The notes under the pieces are model-generated. The model was not told the origin of the DNA. It worked only from the letters and a program-made list of their open reading frames with translations, and ran no database searches. From Ramazzottius varieornatus (taxonomy: Eukaryota; Animalia; Tardigrada): a DNA stretch of 64,000 nucleotides. Positions 40,191 to 52,570 of the stretch are shown in pieces (position 1 is the stretch's first letter; each line of letters starts with the position of its first letter). The stretch is from NCBI GenBank assembly GCA_001949185.1, contig BDGG01000013.1:1003226-1067225 (forward strand). Direction: 5' to 3'. Both the position numbers and the translations under genes were made by a program.

Positions 40191-40711
40191 AATCACCTCC
40201 TTACATCAGAGCTTCACCTGCCACCGTAGCTGATTATCAACAGAGCAGTTTTCCTCTCAATGGGCATGGTTACATGACAAGTGGAGCAAGAGATTTAATA
40301 TAGGCATTTTTATCGAGGCGCTGTCAGAATCGTTGATGTTTGATTTTTGGCCCAATAACGTACGTCGTACAAGACTGTTATGGCCCCTTCCTGATAGAAC
40401 ACAAACCTTTATCGACTGAGGAGTGCCAGTCAGTGGCTGTCCAATTTACCAGGCTTTCTACTTCTACCGACTCATATTTATATTTTAACGTGTCTGTTAT
40501 GACTAGGCGTGTCAGCGGATGCGGGGAGTTTTCTTATCCGCTGTCTGCGTAAACACGCAATGCCGCCTTATTATTCACTTCATTATAATCTTGACAACAC
40601 CAGGAATTAGAATGAAAGTTTTCTTGTTTATAAATCTACTTCTTGCTGAAATCTGAAATTTGTAGGAATAGATGGTGCCGACTTCGAAACTCGGCGGAAT
40701 ACTCTTGGTTC
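40191..40711. promoter_or_regulatory. Probable bidirectional promoter between the OSBP-related gene and syntaxin-5
   Basis: Head-to-head start codons about 0.5-0.9 kb apart; no specific motif verified. Confidence 0.45.
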
Positions 40712-41055
40712 ATGTCAAGGCGCAGACTCATTCCGTCGCTCGACCAATCAAAGAATATCCTGACGTCAAGTCCTCGCCTTTTCCCTGATGACGTGTCGGG
40801 CCTCACTTTGCCCGGATCAGGCCACGCAGACTGTAATTTGCCTGTAAACAAACGTTAGTTTTTGAGAAATTTTTTCGTTAAAACTCGAAATATCTGTGGA
40901 CCGTCTGTCTACTTTAAGTTCCGACTTGAGGAATGGACGTGTGCGACACTACTGCTACCTGAACGCGGAAGCTCCGGGAAGAAGATCGACAGCTGGAACG
41001 ACTGAAAAATTTCTGGGGAAGAGTTTCTGTTGTTTTTTTAAGGATTCCAGGGAAA

Positions 41056-42205
41056 ATGTCAAAAGATCGGACGACGGAATTTATCAGCATCGTCCGGTTA
41101 CTCCAATCCCAAGAGCATCGAAATGGCTTCCGTCCGAACGCTACCCCTCAACAGAACTCCGTCAAGCAGAAACAAGCTCCCTTCGCGCACGAGTTCAATC
41201 GTTGCGCGAAAGAGATCGGCCAAGATTTAGCAATGACCTACGCCAAGCTGGAGAAGCTCACTCTCCTCTCCAAGAAGAAGTCCATCTTTGACGATAGAGG
41301 CTCTGAGATCGAGCAGCTCTCCCACATGATAAAGGACGACATCCAGCATCTTAACCAGAACATTTCCAAGTTACAAGATCTGTCGCGTCACGGCAAGAAT
41401 ATCCCCACCACCGCGCGACATCACCTCGAGTCTCATTCCTCCAACGTCGTCATTGGTCTTCAGTCTAAGCTGGCCAAGATGTCGACGGATTTCAAAGAAG
41501 TGTTGGAAATCAGAACCGAGAATATGAGACATCAACAAGAACGGAGGGACAAGTATACCAGTCCCCAACAGAACGGAAGTCACTACATTCCTTCCCGTCC
41601 ACCACAAAACTCCATTCTTTTACAAGACGAATTAGGGAGGGAAGCCGGTGGGGGAGCAGTGACTATCGATATACCCACCGAAGGACTAAATAGAAGGACT
41701 CCGCATCAACAGCTGTTGCTGATTGAAGAACAGGACAGGTATATTCAGACAAGGGAATCGGAAGTGCAGAATATCGAGTCGACCATCGTCGAACTGGGAG
41801 GAATATTCCAGCAGCTGGCTCACATGGTTAAAGAACAGGTAAGACTATGCCGGAGTGGATCCATAAATGTACCGCATTTTTTTCTGATTTTTCTAGGCGG
41901 GAGAATTCTGCTGAGACGATGAAAAATGGACTATATTTTAGACTTTTTCTTGTTTCAGCTGTTTCTTTTCTAAATAAAATTGAATTACCTGGCATTGCTG
42001 CATGATGTTGATAGTATTTCTTTTTTAGGAAGAGGTGGTTCAGCGGATTGATATGCACGTCGAAGACACGGAAATGAATATCGAAGCGGCTCACGATGAA
42101 TTATTGCGGTACTTCCGTTCGATATCGTCGAACAGATGGCTGATGGTTAAGGTCTTTGGAATTTTACTGGTCTTTTTCCTTTTTTCTGTCATATTTCTAG
42201 TATAA
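41056..42205 (+). CDS. STX5: Syntaxin-5 (cis-Golgi Qa-SNARE)
   Basis: N-peptide KDRTTEF, Habc region YAKLEKLTLLSKKKSIFDD, SNARE motif QNIESTIVELGGIFQQLAHMVKEQ-EEVVQRID, SSNRWLMVKVFGILL TM anchor; intron 41839-42028; TAA 42203-42205. Confidence 0.96.
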
Positions 42206-44004
42206 TACTCACGAAACGAAGCATCGATCCTGCTCAGAGTCTGGGTTTATTTGTCATTTCACGAAATTTTACTTGAGCTAGTAGTATGGATTTTTAGTTC
42301 GAGAAAGAAAGTAAGTTATTCGTTTTATTGAATGGGCGAGATTTTTCGACAGATCAGCAAAAAACCCCTTCTGAAATACGTTCATGAAGTTCTCTTTCTA
42401 CTCTGGGTTTTCTTTTGGAAGGTTCAGCTGCGTCTCGGACGGCTTTCTAAGAAAGGCAGACCGCAGGCATCAGGAACGAGTTGCCTATGTCGACGTTACG
42501 GAGGAACCCGGAAGAAAACAGGGAACTTGGTGCTTCGAGTTCTCCATTTCCTCCTCCTAGACGTGCATTTTCTCGTCGCATTTCCACTTCTTTATCGCAG
42601 CAATGAGCTTCTAGGAGAATTGCAGAAGAAAATGTGGAGCCGAGGAGGTTTGTCTGGTCGTACGGGAGCTTGAGGACCTTTTGCAGCACGGTAGCAGATC
42701 TGCTGTACGAGCACAAACTCTTCTACCACAGTTCTCACTTCTCAGTCGGTCGGGCTACGATTGATTGACGTTTGTACGACGAACCATCCGCGGTGAAAAT
42801 TTGACCGCAAATAGATCTTGTGTGTCGAAATCAAATGTGAAGTAAACGCGCACCGCTTTGAGCAATGGAACGGATTCACTGATTCTGAGACAGACATTAG
42901 CAGCGACATGTCGTGTTCTGTGCCGCAAACTTGCTCTTTGTAATCTTTGCCGTGTGCTTCTCCGTAGCGTCATAAGAGTCTCGCCATGGAGGCTATTAAT
43001 ATTTACGAGTTATACCGTCAATGATCCACCAGTAAATAATCTTCCGGCGCTCTTGCCTGCAGTAAGTGTGAAGCTAGTTAGCTGAACAACTGTTCCGCTT
43101 TCAGCTTCCGATTTCCCATTACTTAATTGGCCGTTCCATTCGGTAATCTTTTTCACTGATCGGGATCTTCCCTGAAGGATTCGTTATGCTGTTCAGTGTT
43201 GGAATAGATGGTTTTTCGTGGTGGCATTGTTGCCATAACCGCGTTGTTATCGCTGTCGTTTTTATGGGAGCGAAACCAAATATTGACTCGGCATAACCTC
43301 AGCAATTCACTCTGGATTTTTCCGTCCTTATCTTCATACCTCACCACAAAATAGCAGACTTGGAAGTCTTCGTTCATCGACTCTTGCATGATTTCCATTA
43401 CACTCCAGAGACTCCGGATAGGACACTTGTAACACTCGAAGATCTCGGATTGTATCTCAGTCACCCTCACTGCTGCAGCTTCTTCGCCCTGTTTTATGCA
43501 TTCATCGCTCTCTGTAAGTCTTCCAGACTTCAAAGGAACTCGATACTTTGGGACACGTCGACCTGCTGCTTTACCGTCGGTTGTGACTGATGACTAAAGT
43601 GAACCCTTCCGTCTTGTTGAATGGAGGGCGTGAAAACCGTTGTATGGCGTGTGTTTTTTTGTGACAATTTGCTACGATGAATTTGACTTTCAAATTCGAT
43701 ATTTTAACTCGCTGCACTGCGCACTTACTCTCGCAAATACGTCGGTAGTAACGCTCTCGCACATACATCGGTCTGAGAGGTGTTTACTATCTTTACTCAT
43801 GTACGGAGGTGCATGTTCAACGCGGTGCGCGCGCAGGTGGCTCACGCGCTAACGCAACGCATCACTTGTTGCGCCTCACTTGATTGCCAAGCTTGATTGA
43901 CTTGTGGTCCCTAATGTTTTAATTCCACCATTTTTTGTTGTAGATCGTTCTCCAACCTCCATTCTTCCTTTCATCGCTGATTCACTAACGACCTGACTCA
44001 CAAA

Positions 44005-46091
44005 ATGTCTGGGAGGAGACGTCCGGGGCAAAGGTATTCGGCGGAGGACCAAGCGCTTTCCAGCATATCGCGCGAGGTACGACGAAGTTGTTGCATTCAT
44101 TCGTCCCAACATGGAGCCTTTCTTTTGGGTTGTCTTGATCATTTCCCTAGCCGTCATGTTGTTACTTTTTTTCCTCCAGGCTGAAAGTCGAGCCCAAGCA
44201 TTGTCTGCTAACCGGGCAGAAGCTCGCAGCTACAGGATGGAAGCGTTGGAGAGGCAGCGGAAAGAGATGACCGACCACGACGATCACCACAGCGCAGGCG
44301 ATTCCTCCACGCGCTCATCGTATCGCTCAACACTACCACCTGTCTCGTCCACCTCGTCCTCGATATCAACTAGACCCAGGTACTCGGCATATACTTCGGG
44401 CTTTGGGTCGAGGAAAGGAAGTTACGATGCCAGCGCCGACGGAGAAAAAGACCTCAGGGTATTTTTCGGTGGTCTATTTTCCGTACTGTCTGTAAATATT
44501 GAGCTTATTTTTCAGGAGAGACTAAACGAGGCGCAAGATAAACTGAAACAGGCCATGCTCAATAATGCTCAATTGGATAACGAGAAAGCCGCTCTGAAGT
44601 TTGAGCTGGAAAATATCAAGGACGATATGCTGGAAACGGAGGAGAAGCATATCAGTTTAGTCAAAGAGCACCGAAAGAAAAATACCGTAAGTCTTGAAAA
44701 CTAGTCCATGGAATTCCTATGTAGTACAGAGAATCCTGAACCGTAACTAGAGGATAATACTGCCCGTTTGTGCGCAAATGAAACATGTATGAACTAACTT
44801 AGTGGGTGGTAGCATGTTTTTTCGGGATTGGTCATTGTTTGCAAGTACCTACACACACTTGTACTGGTTTATTCATAAAGGTTAGTGTACGCAGGTGTCT
44901 GAAATGTGGTATCACTCCATCATCCGCCAGCTTTTCCATTTGACAAACTTTGATCTTTCAGGAGCACGAGTTGCTAAAGAGAGATTACGAGAAGTCACAA
45001 AGAGACGTCGAAGCAGCCAAACACATGCTAGAAGAACGCGACCGGCTGATAACCGAGCACAACCTCGTTCTCGTCGGCGAAGACGCCAACAACGAAGCCG
45101 AGGAGGAGGAGGACGAGGCCAGCGAGTCTCGCGAGGTTCCTAAAGCCAAAGCGCCCCTTCATCTAGTCACCAAAGAAGCCGCGGACATCCTGAAAGAGGC
45201 GGGTTCAGGCTCGTTGGATGCAAAGATCAAGAAGTTGTCAGAAGAGAACCAGAACCTCCTCGACCAGATCCACAGGTTGACCTTGGACAACCAGGAACTG
45301 AAAGCCCAGTCGACGTCGTCACGCTCCGATGGGCTGGACAGAACGGCACGGCTGAATGGACCTGACTCGGCAATAGTGGCCTCGGCTCAAAGTACGTCCA
45401 CATTTTCGCATGACTTATTCGTCTGAAAAATTATCCGTTCGGGATAGGTTTGGGAGATCGGCGAACAAGCAGTTGCAGACTCGAGAGGATAGTTCTTCCA
45501 AGTGGCGCAGGCTTCTGGTGTAGTTGGCCGAAAGTTTGCGCCACTTGGGAGAACATGTCGAGAAGAACGTTCTTCCATGTGGCGCGCTTTCATTCACTAA
45601 CACCGAAAACGCGCACCACTTGGGAATCTTGTCTTGTCTTGATCTTGTCTGGTGTTTGCCGCATTCTTCTCTGCATAGTGGTGGATGACTTTGGTGTTTC
45701 ACAGGAGAGGCTCAGCAGAAAGTGAACGAAATGAAGAACAAACTACAGAAGGCCGAACAAGAAAAGAGTACCCTGGAAGCTGAGAAGACCAGGCTGGAAG
45801 GGCAAGTCAAAAGACTGAAAACTACCTCTGATAAACTGGAAGCATCAGAAGAAGAGCTGAAGGTGGAAAAAAGAAAACTTCAACGTGAAGTAAGGAAACC
45901 ATTCTTTCTTTGGTCGAAAAAAGTAATGTCCAATAGATATTCGAAGTCTTGTTTCTCTTTTCTTGCAGCTGAAAGAAATGCAGGTCAAGGTGGAAGATCT
46001 AATAAATAACAACAATCATCTACAGAAGAGACTCGACAAAGTCAAAGAGTCAAAGCTTGGCGTCATGTCTGCTTCCGGCAAGGAGTCATGA
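44005..46091 (+). CDS. LRRFIP2: Leucine-rich repeat flightless-interacting protein (LRRFIP1/2-like)
   Basis: MSGRRRPGQRYSAEDQALSSISRE-AESR...RAEARSYRMEALERQRKE; AMLNNAQLDNEK; EEELKVEKRKLQRE; NNHLQKRLDKVK; TGA 46089-46091. Confidence 0.92.
45492..45626. repeat. Two tandem N25-type palindromic elements with oppositely oriented spacers, intronic
   Basis: gttcttccaagtggcgca...tgcgccacttgggagaac, then a second copy 77 bp later carrying a 2-nt deletion. Confidence 0.9.
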
Positions 46092-46608
46092 TAGGACGTT
46101 GCTCTTCCTTTTTCATACCTAGTTTCTTCTGTGAAACAGGAAAAGCTTTTTTAACTGTGCCTTTTACCAACTGTGTTGATGTTTGTCCGCCTCGGAACGG
46201 AAGCAGACGGCCTCTTTCAGGCATCAAGTTGAAGTTTTACGGTGACAGCAGATCTTTCATGACTTGGCTCGTCGAGATGACGGTTCGTAGGAATTTGTGG
46301 GCTAATTATCGACTTTGTCTTTGTACGTTACGTTGGTGCCTTTGTTAAGTTTTTTGGGTGTCTTTTTGGGGAATCACCGAAACTAAGTGTTATTGATCTG
46401 CTTGTGGGTGCTCTGTTATCATCGGTTTTATATTCAAGAGTTAACCAGGAAAGTACGATCCCAGTTGGGCCAAGGAAACTCGACAAGACTGTTTCGGTGG
46501 CACATGTGTTCGGTGTTCGCGTTCTCCCTCAGGTGCCGGACTGTGCTTGCCTTAAGAGTTGTGCCTTTAGAACACCGACTCTCCTATACTCAAAGGTCAC
46601 GTCAACAC

Positions 46609-46749
46609 GTACTGTAACGCCTCTTGAACTTACGCGAATTAGGTCATGATAAGTACATATGTATGTATATGTGCTGTATGCGACATCATACCCGCAAACT
46701 CTACGTGCTTGCGACGTTGATTCGCGAAGTTCAAGAAGAATTACAGTAC
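46609..46749. repeat. Degenerate hairpin/MITE of the family also at 59853-59997 and about 60470-60516
   Basis: gtactgtaacgcctcttgaacttacgcgaa pairs with ttcgcgaagttcaagaagaattacagtac. Confidence 0.6.
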
Positions 46750-46940
46750 TCAATGGTTCCAAGTTTAATGAGGAAGCGGGAAAGTTACTAAAATTTTGCA
46801 TTTACACTTTACAGCACTCCCCTTGCGATCCCGTAATGGGCTATTCATCTTCGGTCCGTACGTACGTACTGATCAGTGCGTAAAAGTAAGACTTGTAAGG
46901 TGCAGAAACAGGCGATCAGCTGTTTGAGAGAAGCTACAAA

Positions 46941-47443
46941 GATATGGGTAGCTGCGGCCCATTCCCAGTACAATCAGTTTTGCTTCCGAAGTAGCGTTTT
47001 TTGACTTGAAGTTGTTGGGAATATCAAGGGGCATCGCGCGGTAAGGTTTCCGTACCTCGCCGTGGTTCAAAGTCTCTGAAAATTGTTCGCCCTTCTGGGC
47101 GGACACTCTGGAAAACTTCAGGGGTAGCCTCTGACTGAAACCCCATCCAGGGGGTTGGATGCCAGAACGACTACCTACGCATTTTCATGCTATATGACGT
47201 CATCCTAACTTCAAAACTTTCTGAGTGAAAAATTCGAATCCCTTCAGACTTTTCCGACGTAGTCAACTGACTACTGGTCAGACGGCCAAATGGACTTCCC
47301 CATCGTGTTCCGCGATGTCTGCTACGTAAGATAGCGTTGGCAGTTCAACTTTGCCCTTAGGGGTCCTAAAACTTAAAACTGGTTTCCTGAACAATTTGGT
47401 CAGAGGTCGGTTGTACTGGGAATGGGCCCCAGCTACCCATATC
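46941..47443. mobile_element. Non-autonomous TIR element just upstream of PPOX
   Basis: 35-bp TIRs gatatgggtagctgcggcccattcccagtacaatc and ggttgtactgggaatgggccccagctacccatatc; interior homologous to about 62340-62570. Confidence 0.8.
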
Positions 47444-47548
47444 TAACCGGCATGTAAACTGTGCTGATTTTGTAAGGTACTCCAGAGCTTCATATCTCCG
47501 CTCATCGAGCAAAGCTTTGCTTGTAACGGCCACGAACTATTACAGAAT

Positions 47549-49655
47549 ATGGCGAGTGTAGCTGTCATCGGAGGAGGAATATCTGGACTGAGCGCCGCGC
47601 ATGCCTTATCAAAACATGGAGGAGACAAAGTTGGAAAGGTACAGTAGAGTCATCACGGCCGGACGAGGTGCCCATAACTTCTGCCCAAACTGTGGCCCGA
47701 TCTTGCCCATTTGGTTTGTAGGTAGTCCTTTACGAAGCTTCGCAAAGGGTCGGAGGCTGGCTACAAAGCACGCAGTTTGAAGATGGCTCCCTGTTCGAGC
47801 ATGGACCACGGAGCGTTCGAAATTCCGCTAACGCCGCACTACAGCTGGTAAACTCTTAACTTTTTCCCCAATGACGCTGCGTCCATACCATATTCTGCTG
47901 ATTTTCCAGGTGGAAGAAGTGGGCTTAGCCGATCAAGTCATTTCTATTCCACGCACACATCCGGCTGCTATCAAGCGCATGATCTATGCCAAAGGCCAAC
48001 TCAACCTTCTACCCAACAAGGCCGAAGATTTATTCTCAGTCACACCACCACTCACCACGAAATTGCTGAAGCCTCTGTTCAGAGAACTCTGGGTGAAGAA
48101 AAGCAAGGAAGAAGATGAGAGTGTTTATGACTTCTTCGGGCGAAGGTTTGGAGACCAAGTTCGTTGTCACAAACTTGCCTTCCATGGCTTCCGATGGGTA
48201 AGTTACTGTACAGCGGACTGATGTCGAAGTTTGTTTCTTTTTCAGATAGCGACGTATTTTGTGGACTCCATGTGCATTGGAATATATGCCGGAGATTCGC
48301 GAAAACTGAGTGTCCGGTCGTGTTTTAAAGACGTGTGGAACATGGAGCAGAAGAATGGCTCGGTTGTGTGGGGACTTCTGAAACCAGCACCGACAAGCAG
48401 AAAGGTAGAAAAATGGCAAACCCAGCCCTTCTCCAAACACACATACAATAAATGTACCTCTTAACTTAATCAACGCAGATTGAATTTGATCGTCTGGGAG
48501 TTAAGGAAAGATTGAATTTTTTTCTATTCTCGATGATCAAATGCTGGATAATTATTTCTCTCAACAGACTATGGATTTTGCGGATAACGCCCTGGCAGAA
48601 AAAGCCAGAACCGAGAAATGGTCAGTGTGGTCCCTTCGGAACGGGCTTCAGACTCTCCCGGATAGAATTGGAGAGCTTCTTTCCCAGAACATCCTGACGA
48701 AAGTGAAGCTCAATACTCCGGTCACGGGCTTGATACTCAACCAAGGAGCCAAAGCACTTGAGGTTCACACCGCAGATGGCGTCGAGGTCTTCGATGGCGT
48801 AATTGCCGCCACATACGCCGGTCGTCTGGCCGATGTTCTCTCTGACGACCTAGGCAAACTAAAGTCAGAATTGAGGAAGATACCCGCGGTGACGGTCGCC
48901 GTGGTCAACATTGAGTTTCCTGGTGAATTGTTCAACTATGCAGTAAGAAAATATGGTAGCAGAAATTCAGGGTGTTCTTTAGTACTGCGTGCAGGCCCGT
49001 CTCACAAACTCCAAAGAATTACAAATTACTGTACAGTGATGCAAACTTTACAGGCGTTTGGATATTTGATTCCGTCTATAGAGAATTCGCCGCTGCTGGG
49101 AGTTATCTTTGATTCGTGTCTGTTCGGAGAACATAACAACAAACTGGAAGAGACCACAAGGCTAACGGTAAGGCTGACTGTCCCAAAGCCAGCTGACTAT
49201 GCTATGGTTAGTGGGTGCAACTCTTTCCCTTTTATGTAGTGTATGATGGGAGGAGCGTATTTTGAGAAGCATTTCGGAAACCCAGAAAACGTGAACGAGG
49301 AAGAAATGATACAGACGGCGCTGAAGACCGTAGCGGAGCACTTGGGTTTCGATGAGGAGCCACTTCGAGTGTCTCTCACACTTCATAAGGTAAAAACGCT
49401 CTGATATCGCTATGCACTGCCGCAGCGGTATGGATAAGGTTGTTTTCGGGGCAAAAGTTGTAGCTCGATACATTGCAGGATTGCATACCTCAGTACCATG
49501 TTGGACATCACAAGATTGTTCGGTCTGTACGGGAGGAAATTGGTGAAAGGAAACTACGTCTGAGTCTAATCGGCTCGTCATATGATGGAGTAAGCGTCAA
49601 TGACTGTGTGCTTGGGGGCCGGCTAGCAGCACGTGAGGTTATGGAAAGTTTGTAG
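47549..49655 (+). CDS. PPOX: Protoporphyrinogen oxidase
   Basis: FAD motif VAVIGGGISGLSAA; GGWLQS...LFEHGPRSVR; DESVYDFFGRRFG; MCIGIYAGDSRKLSVRSCF; FGYLIP; CIPQYHVGH; GSSYDGVSVNDCV; multi-exon. Confidence 0.96.
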
Positions 49656-49816
49656 CAGACTCACTCACTCCAAACGACACAAAAAGTGTGTGAAACCTGA
49701 CGTAAAGATTGGTAGAAAATGTGCTCAAAAATCAGTTTCCGGCCGTAGTGTCCAATTCACTAGAAAAGCAAGTTCGGAAGATTACAGTGGATCAGTTCTT
49801 GCGCAGGTGGCACCGA

Positions 49817-50551
49817 TTAGAACACGTAGTGATCTATGCGCTTCTCGAAAGGTGATGGAGGAGGAGGCGCGTTGACAGGAGAGGGCCTAGGCGGTAGGAA
49901 AAGTTGAATGGGCGGAGGTCGAGGGCATGGAATGAGAGGTCCAAGGTGTTTGGGAGGCTGATAGTTTTCGGCAAGACCAGCAATGAGATCGGGTCGGGTT
50001 GCTGCACGGCGCAGATTGGCTGAGTCAAACGCATCTGCTCGATGCCGATAGTTGATTACAAATCTGTCTTGAGTCCGTTGACCTGGTGCGACTGTTTCTG
50101 GGTTGGGAAGCTGGAATGTACCACGTGCGGCGTTCTTCGTTGAAGGTGAACGATCAAGACCGTCAGCTGGAAAGACCAAAGTCATGAATTAATGTGCAGC
50201 AGTACAATATCTTTTCTTCCCGGGAAAATAACCGAGATCCAACAACTACTGGCGCTTTGAAGTATATATCAAAAAAAATTCACAACGCGGATACATTGTT
50301 CAGACGATTTGACCTTTACCTCCTTGATGTGAAGTGAAAGATTCCGCCTGGGATGGTTTAAGACGAGCCAGAGTTGAAGGTGGCCGTTTGAGAGCAGAAT
50401 TTTGATGCAGTTCGCGCATCAGGGCCTCGTACTCCTTCCGACAACAATCAGGGATATCTTCTCCGAAACCCGACGCGAAGCACCCAGGGATAAAAAGGAT
50501 GCATAGCACTGTTAAGGTACACCGGTAAATGGCATTGATAGTCATTTTCAT
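49817..50551 (-). CDS. Two-exon secreted orphan protein, possible peptide precursor
   Basis: Hydrophobic leader CTLTVLCILFIPGCFA; a phase-1 intron (about 50167-50319) joins ORFs 50300-50551 and 49817-50185 in frame; KR/RR sites. Confidence 0.6.
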
Positions 50552-50947
50552 CCTTTATGACAATTGCCTCTCTCGGATCAGCCACCGACAGAGATCGAAC
50601 GGAGTGCGCGAATACTTCACGCACCAGCTGGGCTCTCTGCGAAAGTCTAACCGCCATTTACCGGACTTCATACAGGCAAGTGCACTTTACGAAACGGCTT
50701 TGAAAGAACGTTAAACAAGAGCATGAAAAAAGTCAAGTGCTGCAACTCGCACTTTGATACTAGAATTGGCAATAAGCTTTTTCTGCTTATCCCAGAGTGT
50801 CTTCAATTAAGTGCCGCTAGGGTACGCGTGGTTTCTGTGGATAAATGTGACCACTAAAGAACGACAGTAGAGAGCGGCGGACTTTCAACTTTGATACGAA
50901 GGATAGACGAGAAAGACCGGGCTGCAGCTATCACCTTCGAACTCGTA

Positions 50948-51145
50948 CACGTACGATGGGAAATTATGGGACAGTGAAAATTATGGGACCAGGCCTTTTC
51001 GCTACGGTGGTACGGAAGCACGTACGTACACGACCCCATTCACAGTAATTGATTTTTCGACACTTTTCTACGGTCGAATTCCCATTTTGCCGTCCTTTCC
51101 GCCTGTCCCATAATCTTACTGTCCCATAATTTCCCATCGTACCTG
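50948..51145 (+). mobile_element. 198-bp MITE with TA target duplication
   Basis: TIRs CACGTACGATGGGAAATTATGGGACAGT and ACTGTCCCATAATTTCCCATCGTACCTG, TA flanks; 3 copies in the window. Confidence 0.88.
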
Positions 51146-52570
51146 TACTCGTTCTCGTTATCCTGACAGTCGCCAGTGGCATCTATAAGTGTCTTTATTA
51201 ATGTTCAATGTCTCGCGGATTCAAATGCCATCCCCGAGGCTCACAGGGCGTAAGCTTACGCATCACTGAAAGCTCTGGGCCTGGGTACCCGGAAGTGCCT
51301 ACTAGAACGGTGGTGCACGAATTAACGCGCAAAGGGATCAAGAATGCGATGCCGAAATGTTGGGCCACGAGGTTCCGAATTTTATGACGCACTCAGTACA
51401 TCTGGCTAGATAACAAGTTTCATCCCTCAATAACTCCACGAAGATTTGGAGGTGCTGAACCAATTATCCCGATTATGAATACTGCGATCTGGAGGATGCG
51501 ACAATCCCCTTCCACGATGATAAATCAGGATCAAAAGGCATTCAGTCCTTCCCACGTCGAATTCAATTAAGGCTCCCACTGCATGTCTAAAGCACCTCCC
51601 AGTGCAAATGTCTTCCACAGTCAGGTGTTGGGATATCTGAAGACGCTTGGAAAAAATTACGGATTGCTTCTTTGAAAAACACTTTTCGAAACAGTTCCTT
51701 TCACATTTGCAATGCACATCGCGTGCGGTCTGCCCCATCTCCGTGGGCTGGTCTTTCCACCACATATCACACATGACAGTTGAGAAAGCGATAAAGAAAT
51801 CTATTTCAGGAATTTTCCTGTGATTTTTAAAGTCGTTACATGTGCTCCGGGTCATCGAAGGTGCCGCCAAATGACGTCATCATAACTTCGTTGTGCAGCT
51901 CAACAATCTTTTTATCCACCTGTTTAGGGGAGAAGGACGTCTTCCCAACCCGTGACTGTAGAAGAGCTTTGCACTTGGAGGTACTTCGGGCACGCAGTGG
52001 AAGCCTTATCAGTCAGGTTGACATCCTTCCATCTCACTGACGACCTTGCACCCTTTTCGTACGTCTCACATTATGATCCTGCCGCACCTAACCATTTTCT
52101 ATTGATCTGAAAGTGGAACGTTCTCCTTGGTTGTTCAAATCCACCCCCGAATACTGGTTTGAGGACAGAACAAATTTGACAGGAGTGGTAGCAGGTAACA
52201 CGCAACTTGCCGCCCGCAGCCTCACTAAACCTCTATTTCCGCCCAAGCGATCGTTTTGCACTGGAGTGCTTTTCCTGCTCTCCGTGTAATTTATCTTGAC
52301 TTCAAGCGTAGTCGGATTTGATATGATGTCTAAAAGTGCATTTAACATCCCCCGGTGGGAACTGGAGCGTTCGCAACAATGGATGAACACAAGTATATAG
52401 TCTCCTGACTGTCCTTCCGTGCCCAACCTGATGGAGATACTTTGCGTAATTCATCCTGCGATATCGATGCGTATTCTTCCTGTAGACAAACACATCATTC
52501 TACCGCACATTCGCTCTTTCTCAATGTTATTCGTCGTCTAAAACCTGAAACCCGATTAGCAGTCTTTTGG

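Noticed and set aside
42305-43600. Minus-strand coding-like stretch between STX5 and LRRFIP
   Set aside because: Frames are interrupted by stops and no family was recognised
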